Shown here piece by piece: positions 54,742 to 64,000 of a stretch of DNA of 64,000 bases. How positions within the stretch are numbered: the stretch's first letter is position 1; each line of letters begins with the position of its first letter. Origin of the DNA: Octopus vulgaris (taxonomy: Eukaryota); the NCBI GenBank assembly GCA_951406725.2, contig OX597817.1, positions 51,646,001-51,710,000 of the forward strand, written 5' to 3'. Position numbers and translations under genes: made by a program. Below the pieces are notes generated by a model, which did no database searches, was not told where the DNA came from, and was given only the letters and a program-made list of their open reading frames with translations.

Positions 54742-56866
54742 TTTTCTCCTCAGCTCAGCGCTTGGCAACGGTTTTGGCGTGTTCCGACCATATAAAGTAG
54801 TGGTTCGGCAAAAGAGACCGACAGAATAAGTACCAGACATAAATACTGGAATTGGTTTCTTCGATTAAGAGCCCTCCAAGCGGTACCCCAACATGGCCGC
54901 ATTCCAAAGACTGAAACAAATAAAAGATGAAAGTATGATTAACCAACTGCATTTCAAATGAAATACTTCAGTCAACTGAATGTAATTTTGTGAACAAATC
55001 CCTGCACCTGCATACACACACACACACACATACACACAAGACTACCCGTTGGGTCACCAATAATTCAAGGTACCGGGAAAGTCTGAGTTTCTCAGGAACG
55101 GAGTTTTGTTTCGTGGGTGTTGTTATTCTTTTCCAGGTTATGTCGCATGCTTTCGACGAATGTGATTTCGAAATCACGCGTATACGACTCCTTTCACCAG
55201 AAAAGGAAAGATTTGGCTGCTATTTCATGCACGCCCTGCTACCACGAAACGGGCATTTGGGATCCTTTATCGCAAATAGCTGTTACGTGGTGGAAGGGTG
55301 TGCTAGAAATAGCAGCCAAATCTATGGAGGTGAGATACGTTGAATGCACCCGAAAGAAACCTATGGAAAAAATATTTCACACCGAGGTTACGGGTCTTTT
55401 ACGAAATATTTACTGTATTTTTTAAGTCATTTTCACTTGCAAATATTTTCCCCATCATAATGTGCCCACTGTAAAGGTCAGAAGTTATTTTCGGAGTATT
55501 TTCCCACCGCTTTGGTTGTGTAGCATTGCAAGCAGGCAGGCAAGCAAGAAAGATTGACGTTCATTTTTAATGTATTATATATATATATATATATATATAT
55601 ACATCTGCATGTATACATACAACGGGCTTCTCAGTTTCCGTCTACGAAATCCACGCAGTGTGACTGAATCTGGAACCATGTGATTGGAGAACAAACTTCT
55701 TTCCACACATCAACGCCTGTACCTAATGTTGAGTAAATCATTGTTTCCATATAGAGTAAAATAGTTTGATCGAGCCGCAGGTTTTCCTCTGTTCTTTTTT
55801 TTTCTTTTGCCAATGGTTGGTCAAGTATTTCCTCACCAATTTCTTGTAATCAAAACCAGATGACTGAGACCAGCTGTTTGGACTCTGATAAATTGCTTCG
55901 GCTGACTAGACATTCAGTCTTGTGATAGTAATTTTTTGCACTGGAGGCAAATGCGCGCGCACACACTCACACACGCATGCACGCACACACGCGCGCACAC
56001 ACACACACTCCCTTATATTTCAGTCAGAACCCAATACCTCATCTATCTATCTATCTATCTATTCATCAATTTATCTATCTATCTGTCTGTCTGTCTGTCT
56101 ATCTATCTCTCCATCCCTCCATCTATCTATCTATCTGTCTGTCTGTCTCTCCATCCATCCATCCATCTGTCTATCTATCAGTCGAAAACCTACTCGCCTT
56201 ATTTTTTTCTCCCCAAAAAGAAAAGCTCTGCCTTGTAATTTGTCCCGTCTGTGTGCAGCCCTGTGTGGCTAATAAAGAAACATATCTGTCTGTCTATCTA
56301 TCTATCTATCTATCTGTCTGTCTGTCTATCTATCTATCTCTCCACCTATCTATCTATCTACCTACCGGCCTGCCTACCTTCCTACCTATCTATATATTTA
56401 TCGGTTAAAAGATTTTTATTAAAACGCCTAAATCTTCAAGAGGCCAAAACAAGAATCCTTCTTAAGACTGTTTCACGGTGGTGTAAGTAAATCCACATCG
56501 TTCGGCGAATGCTCAGCTCTAATCAAAGACGATCATAATTATTGAAGAACGCATCTACAATTACCGATACGTCAGCTATGTTTAATAAGTTCCATGTTGC
56601 AGCGCAGAGTTAAATGAAATCGCATGAAAACTGTCTCGCGAAATTAATACATATATTATTGATGGAGTAGATGCATTATGTGAGGTGATCCTTTATATGA
56701 AGTGCGATAATAAAATCATATTTTAAAACAGATATGCTTGCACTTAGAGAGAGAGACACACATAAGTGCATACACATGAACGACATCAATATCAACAAAA
56801 TGTCGTCGTCAGCATATATACATGTACGTACACAAATATTCACAACGTAGCCAAAATCTATCTGTG

Positions 56867-56913
<47 letters not shown>

Positions 56914-56967
56914 GTCTGTCTGTCTATCGTCTACCAACACACACACACATATATCTATATCTATCTA

Positions 56968-57010
<43 letters not shown>

Positions 57011-57304
57011 GTAATCATAGACAATCCTGTGCGCACTCTATGCACATGCATACTGAAACTTAATATATGCATTAAATATGCCAAGATACACATGATAAAT
57101 ATATTAACTTCTTCTACATCTTTATCCTTGCATAGAAGGTATAAGGTGTGTCTGTGTGCGTGTGTGTATGTGTGAATCTTTTATAGATTGCCGCAGACAT
57201 GCGTCGATCTAAATAAATATTCTCTAAAACACATGTACATATATACAGACATAAATATACGCATATACGTACATTCACACTCAAATATAGAGACACAAAC
57301 TTGC

Positions 57305-57376
<72 letters not shown>

Positions 57377-57547
57377 TGGGTTCCTGATAAACTCTTGTTT
57401 ATCCTGTTGTTATCTGCTCTCTTCGTGCATGGTGTGCCTGCACACCATTACCCGGGGACAACACGGGTAACGGATACCGATAGTATATACAGATATTTTA
57501 TCTCTGAGTCGGTTACTATAACCGCTAACTCTGTTTACACTACACTA

Positions 57548-57602
<55 letters not shown>

Positions 57603-57934
57603 TATATATATGTATATATATATATATGTATATATATATATGCATATATATATATATATATATCCTATTTGGAAGCCTCTTATCGTATTTCTACATAGAT
57701 ATAGATATATATAGGGAGAGTTTACGAAAGAAACAAAAGACGAAGACAGGTGGTGTATAAAACAAACAGATGTATTAGTATAACGCTCAGGAATAGAAAA
57801 TGTCTTTAACGTTTAGAGCTTACGCTCTTCTACAGAAAGGGACACAGAAAAGACAAGGAGAGAAAAAATGTGTGTAGTGGCTAACGATCAATCATGGCGA
57901 CTAATATATATATATACATATACATATGTATGTA

Positions 57935-58520
57935 TACGTGGTTTGATCAGTAAGTATACTGACTGTTGCCATAGCAACGAAGCTAAAGCATGCAAAGTGC
58001 AGTCGCTTTGCACAGATTGACCTTGAACTGTGCTGTGCATGCGCATTAAGTTTTAACGTTCTAGCTCACTTCCGCTGTTTACAGAAATGCTTGGAAGGAA
58101 CGTGTGTAGCGTGTGGTCATCACACTGATCATGATACAGTTGAGCAGAGAATCTGCATCAAATTTTGCCAAGAGCTTGGTGATACCTACTCAGAGGCCTA
58201 CACAAACTTTTCAAAAGCTTTGTAATCGTTCTCAATACAATCAAGGAGGTGTTGAGCAAAGAGATCAAATTGTTGGTGCTCGTATGGTGTGCGCTAGCGT
58301 TAAAAAAAACAGCTAAAATGTTTGGTGTATCAAGAAGTACTGTCTCGAAAGTAATGACAGCCTTTGAGAAACAGGGAAAAACCTCCTCATCGAAGCAAAA
58401 CTCCGCAAGAAAACCAAAACTCTCAGATAGGGACGGTCGGACTCTTACGGGAGTTGTGAGAACGAATAAAAAAAGTATAGCTCCCAAAATTACAGCAGAG
58501 CTTAATGACCACCTCGAACC
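57935..58520 (+). mobile_element. Mariner 5' fragment joined to a Tc1 N-terminal fragment
   Basis: EQRICIKFCQELG (mariner HTH, ~58142), then QIVGAR..KTAKMFGVSRSTVSKV..RKPKLSDRD (Tc1 HTH, 58260-58518). Confidence 0.7.
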
Positions 58521-58544
58521 TAAAGACCGCTTACTCGATGTGTT

Positions 58545-59187
58545 AACGATTCTTTTCTACTCTAGGCACGAGGATGGAAATTTTGGAGGAGGGGGCCAGT
58601 CGATTAGATCGACCCCAGCACGCTACAGGTACTTAATTTATCGACCCCGAAAGGATGAAAAGCAAAGTCAACCTCGGCAGAATTTGAACTCAGAACGTAA
58701 AGACAGACGAAATACCTATTCCTTTACTACCCACAAGGAGCTAAACACAGAGAGGACCAACAAGGACAGACAAACGGATTAAGTCGATTATATCGACCCC
58801 AGCGCGTAACTGGTAGTTATTTAACCGACCCCGAAAGGATGAAAGGCAAAATCGACCTCGGCGAAATTTGAACTCACAACGTAACGGCAGAGGAAATATC
58901 GCTAAGCATTTCGCCCGGCGTGCTAACGTTTCTGCCAGCTCGCCGCCTTCGACCGACAAAATACCTATTTCTTTATTACCCACAAGGGGCTAAACATAGA
59001 GGGGACAAACAAGGTCAGACATAGGTATTAAGTCGATTACATCGACACCAGTGCGTAACTGGTATCTAATTTATCGACCCCGAAAGGATGAAAGGCAAAG
59101 TCGTCCTCGGCGGAATTTAAACTCAGAACGTAACGGCAGACGAAAGACCGCTAAGCATTTTGCCCGGCGTGCTATCGGTTCTGCCAT
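58545..59187 (-). mobile_element. SINE family B multimer (3 units)
   Basis: Junctions at ~58715 and ~58965. Confidence 0.9.
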
Positions 59188-61488
59188 CTTAGAGGGATTA
59201 AAAAAATATTAAAATGAATAATGATTACCATGTCTTTCCGTGTGGCATTACATATTTACGGGATACAACACGACCCATTTTGGATATCTCTGAAGTGGAT
59301 GGTCTTGTCATTGTCCAATCGCTGTAACATTTGGAGATATACAGTTTAAAATGATATTATAGAGTGATACAGTTGCAAATAATTCATCGAGGCTATCACA
59401 GTTGAAGATAATCCATATCAATGATACATTTTCAAATGGCGTGTCGAGATATTAGATTTCGGAAGATATTTCGGAAGTGGTAAAGTTTCCGATGGTCCGT
59501 TTTCAGGCCACAGGGGTTATTCAGATAGCTGATACTCTATAATTCTTAGCATGAAATGAATAAGAATCAAATTGTTGCTTGGCAAAAATGCCAGCTTATT
59601 GTAAGAACCATCCTAACAAAAGCCTCTCTACTAAACACACACATGCACACAAAAAGACACTGGATTTCAACTCATAATCCAAGTCCCTTTTTTTTTAATT
59701 ATATACAACATGAGGCCAATGCACTGGCAGGATCGTAACCTCGCCGGAGAAAATGTGTAGCAGTATTTCTTCCGGTTCTAAGTTCTGAGTTCAAATTCCG
59801 CTAAGGTTCAATTTGCTTTTCATTCTTCCGGGGTCGATGAAATAAGTACCAGCTGTGTACAGGGTTCAATATAATCGACTAGCATCCACTCTCCCAAAAT
59901 TTCAGGCCCCGTGTCTGTAGTAGAAAGAATTATACACGATATTATATATTGTTATTAAAGTATCCGAAATCAACACTATTCTATTTCTGAATATTAGGGT
60001 TTCGATGTATCTCTGGAATACTTAAAGAAACATGAGAAATTTGTTCCTTTAGTGTGGTATCAAAACTCTCATCAACGGGTCCTCGGTTTGAGGATATGGG
60101 AACGACTTGTAGATACATGGGTTAACTGCGGAGACTCAATAAGCAGTCCTGGACAAAATTACAAGTTGCTCTTTGGTACGCATAGTACCCGTTAGCCACC
60201 CTGCCAGAGTTAAGGCGAAATCCTGAAGCCCTGAAAAAAGCGGAAATGTCACTATCTCTGGAAAGCAGAATGGTTGTAGGGAATGAAATGCAAACTACGG
60301 AAAATACTTTATCATTGAATTTCTTTCCATTTCGCAGAATAAATTACACTTTAATGAAATCTGGTCTGGGAAACCCGTCAGTTTGACAAGCACTGGAATC
60401 GTCTATCGGACCTGCGAGCACAGATGAGAAATTAGCAAACGAGAGACAAGTGTGTTCCTGTCCTACTACATACACAACTTATAAGTTATATTTCGGATCT
60501 AGGTGGCAAATGTTGAATGATCAACCATGATTAAACATTTTGAAGACTGTTGGGATACCTAAGGTCGTTACTGTAAGATTAATCCTGATTATTCTAGATT
60601 AATCATAGCTGAGTTAGGTGTTACAGTTTGCAATCGGAGAACAACGAAGAAAATGCACAGAATTTAAATATTCAAATTTTTATATTTTTTACGATGTTTT
60701 AATCACAAGTAGGCATGTATATCACCATTTCATTCTTATTTGAAATCATGAGCATGGCATAACCCAAGACAAATAAATGACACTAAATCAAATATTTTTA
60801 CGAAGCGTAACAGTTTAGAAGAAATTCATAGAACTTTTTCTCTTTAACTTTTATTGATCGTTAATACTTCAGCAATTGAGAGAGAAGAGAGAGAATAAAG
60901 TTCTACATGCAGATTATTTCCTGGAGTTTCTATCTTATGATTGAGATGAGATGCATTAGGATAAATATTTTATAAACATGATTCATAAAATATTCAGCAG
61001 TCGCCATCATTCTCTTTGTAAATGTTTTCAGTTAAAGTATTTGGTAAGTAGTTTAATCTAAAGACAAGGCGGTGGTTGCAATATAGAAATTTTGAGGGTT
61101 ATTTTGTATTATTTTTTTTTTATCTAATGTATGACATTTTGGATGATGGAAGAATTTGACAGAGTACTTTGGTTCTGTTATTTATCAAATGTGTCATCTT
61201 GCTTTGGGCATTTAAGAGAGCCTTGTTTTCAGCTAGGAGCCGTTTCCTACAAAATCGGTTAAATATTCGAAAAATACAATCACGAATATATACATACATT
61301 ATCTAACTGACATCTGAATTCTAATGAAAGAATCTTGTTTCTCAGATAGAAATCAGTTCTGTGTCTATAGGCGAGAATTTTCACATATACATCAAGAACA
61401 TATGTACATGCAAGCATACATACACTTATAAACACATACATAAATATACAGATTCATACGTACATTTGTGTACACATTCATGTATGTA

Positions 61489-61541
<53 letters not shown>

Positions 61542-61627
61542 GCCTAATCATGACGAAAATGGAAACGCATTGTGACCAGAGGTATATAACAGCATCTGAT
61601 TGTCTGGTCGATATTTTGATACTGTGA

Positions 61628-61748
<121 letters not shown>

Positions 61749-62378
61749 ACAAACACAATAACTTAAACGTACATTCAGGCATGTGTACATCTCCCACTGC
61801 CTACATGCATACATAAACACATTCATACATATATCATATACACACAGACATTCATATATGAATCATACATACATGCATACACATATTGCCCTTACCACCC
61901 TACCTACCCACACCCATACGTGTATATTATAATGGCGCATGATTATATTTCCTCAGATATTTTCGTTTATAGCTTTTGCGGAATTAATGAAAACTTAAAT
62001 CGAAAAATATTTCATTCACAGCTTGAAGCTTATAAAAAAGGTTTCGCTAATCGAAATACTTGGACAATAATCTCGAAGCAGCTGTGTCATCATAAATCAT
62101 AAAAGCGAAAATCTGAAAACGGGGCGATATACGCTGTTATACGTTTCAGAGGCAATTAGGTTCCGGGTCATGTTTTTAAGAATATAATTCTAATCGACGT
62201 GAATTGTGTTTACACACACACAAGCACAAACATGCACTAACACACATATACACATATTCACAAGCTTAGACGCTATCGTGAGTGTGTGTGTACAAACACA
62301 CACACACACACATACTCGTACATATATAAACATTCATTCAGATACAGGTAGGCATATATATATAAATATATATATTGT

Positions 62379-62780
62379 AGGCGTAGGAGTGACTGAGTGT
62401 TAAGTAGCTTGCTTACCAACCACATGGTTCCGGGTTCAGTCCCACTGAGTGGCACCTTGGGCAAGTGTCTTCTACTATAGTCTCAGGCCGACCAAAGCCT
62501 TGTGAGTGGATTTGGTAGACGGAAACTGAAAAGAAGCCCGTCGTATATATGTATATATATATATGTATGTGTGTGTATAGGTTTGGGTGTCTGTGTTTGT
62601 TCCCCCAACATCGCTTGACAACCGATGCTGGTGTGTTTACGCCCCCGTAACTTAGCGGTTCGGCAAAGGAGACCGATAGAGTAAGTACCAGGCTTACAAA
62701 GAATAAGTCCTGGGGTCGATTTGCTCGACTAAAGGCGGTGCTCAAGCATGGCCACAGTCAAATGACTGAAACAAGTGAAA
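62379..62780 (+). mobile_element. SINE family A reference copy (tRNA head, CORE-like domain, CR1-like tail)
   Basis: A/B-box-like head, gtggcaccttgggcaagt CORE-like segment, internal microsatellite, tail shared with the LINE at 15787-15825. Confidence 0.92.
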
Positions 62781-62801
62781 AAAAATAAATAGATACATAA
62801 A

Positions 62802-62830
<29 letters not shown>

Positions 62831-62832
<2 letters not shown>

Positions 62833-62958
62833 AGAGGAATAGCCACCAAGGTGGGTTCCTAATGTGCTAGAAGAAGACGCCAAATCGCCTTACCACGAAG
62901 AGTATTTGGCGTCTTCTTCAAGCATATTAGGAACTCACCTTGGTGGCGATTCCTCTTA
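62831..62958. repeat. 55-bp-arm hairpin inserted in (TA)n
   Basis: Arms 62831-62885 and 62904-62958, about 4 mismatches. Confidence 0.85.
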
Positions 62959-64000
62959 TATGTGTGTGTGTATATATATATATATCGTTAATCAAATATA
63001 TTCAATGAGAATTATTTCTTTAAAATTTCTAGCACATAATTGTACCAACACATAACTACGCCACTAACCTTTTAAGCAACATCTTTAAACAACATCTTTT
63101 TCATATATTTTTAAATAGCATTCGATTGACTACACAGAAATTCACCTTCTTTCTCTCGGACGAGTGGATGCATTACCTAATAATGATTATCAATTTTAGA
63201 TTCCATTTCGAAAGGTAATATATTCACGAAACGATCGTAAGATATTTTAAACTTTTAAACCTTTTAAATAATCATAATTTATATATTTATGCTTCTATCT
63301 GTTAATACAATATTATTTGGGACGTATATCTTCTGTGATGATTTTTTGATGAAATTTTCTTGCTCTTATTTTATAATATATATTATATATATATCCATAG
63401 GTGCAGGCACAGTTCTGAGAGTAAGAAGCTCGCTTTGCAATTACGTGATTTCGGGTTCAATCCCTCTGCACGGTTCCTCGAGTGGGCATCTTCTAATATA
63501 ACCCCGAGTGGCTCAGTGTCTTGTGTGTGAACTCGGTAGAAGGAAACCACGTGGAAGCTCATCCTATGAATGTGTGTGTGTGTGTTTGCGTGTGTGCTTG
63601 TGTATGTATGTGTGTGTGTTTGCTCGTTCTTCCGCAGTCATTTGAGAACCGGTGTTAGTTTGTTTACGTCCCCATATCTTAGCAGTTCGGTATAAGAGAA
63701 CGGTATGATAAATACAGGGTTCGGCCTGCTCGACGAAAACCCTTGAAGGCGACGTCCCGCAGTCTAATGGCTGAACAGATTCAAAAGCAAAAGGTATATT
63801 CCTTGAGAATCAGCTGTTAAAACAACTACAAGCGTAAATATACTTCGAAAGCTCTGGGGTTAATTCAATGAAAAGAACAAATCCAATATCGTACGGCAAA
63901 AGCTTATGTTTAGATTAAAGATGATAAAACTTGTTCAAATTAATACATAATTATTAATTATAGAAAATAGAGAAAAACCTTTGATCTCAGAAGAATATTA

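Noticed and set aside
62755-62780. SINE A tail as a half-hammerhead (stem, GAAAC..GU)
   Set aside because: No CUGANGA core; better explained by homology to the CR1 3' stem-loop.

Overview
AT-rich, microsatellite-saturated eukaryotic non-genic (intergenic or intronic) DNA. The SINE families present resemble those I recall from Octopus genomes, so a cephalopod origin is inferred. No host gene or exon is supported, and almost all ORFs in the track are translated (TA)n/(CA)n/(AAT)n repeats. The real coding remnants are all from transposons: a Penelope-like (Naiad-type) GIY-YIG endonuclease (3481-4155), two R4/Dong-type RLE LINE 3' ends (8180-9415), CR1-type LINEs (15626-15862, 23668-24912, 25795-26718), a near-intact IR/DR Tc1 with one stop codon (46667-48268), mariner/Tc1 fragments, and a Helitron PIF1 helicase (50148-51465). 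Three tRNA-derived SINE families, a non-autonomous Helitron and a Helentron-type HINE are also present. The most notable signal is a hidden set of minimal type-I hammerhead ribozymes (HHRs), at least 10 motifs in about 6 unrelated repeat families, several with non-canonical cores. They occur in asymmetric fold-back insertions into (TA)n, in a retrozyme-like 488-nt terminally redundant unit, and in a tRNA-headed (Pol III) SINE-like element. All coordinates and alignments were read by eye.
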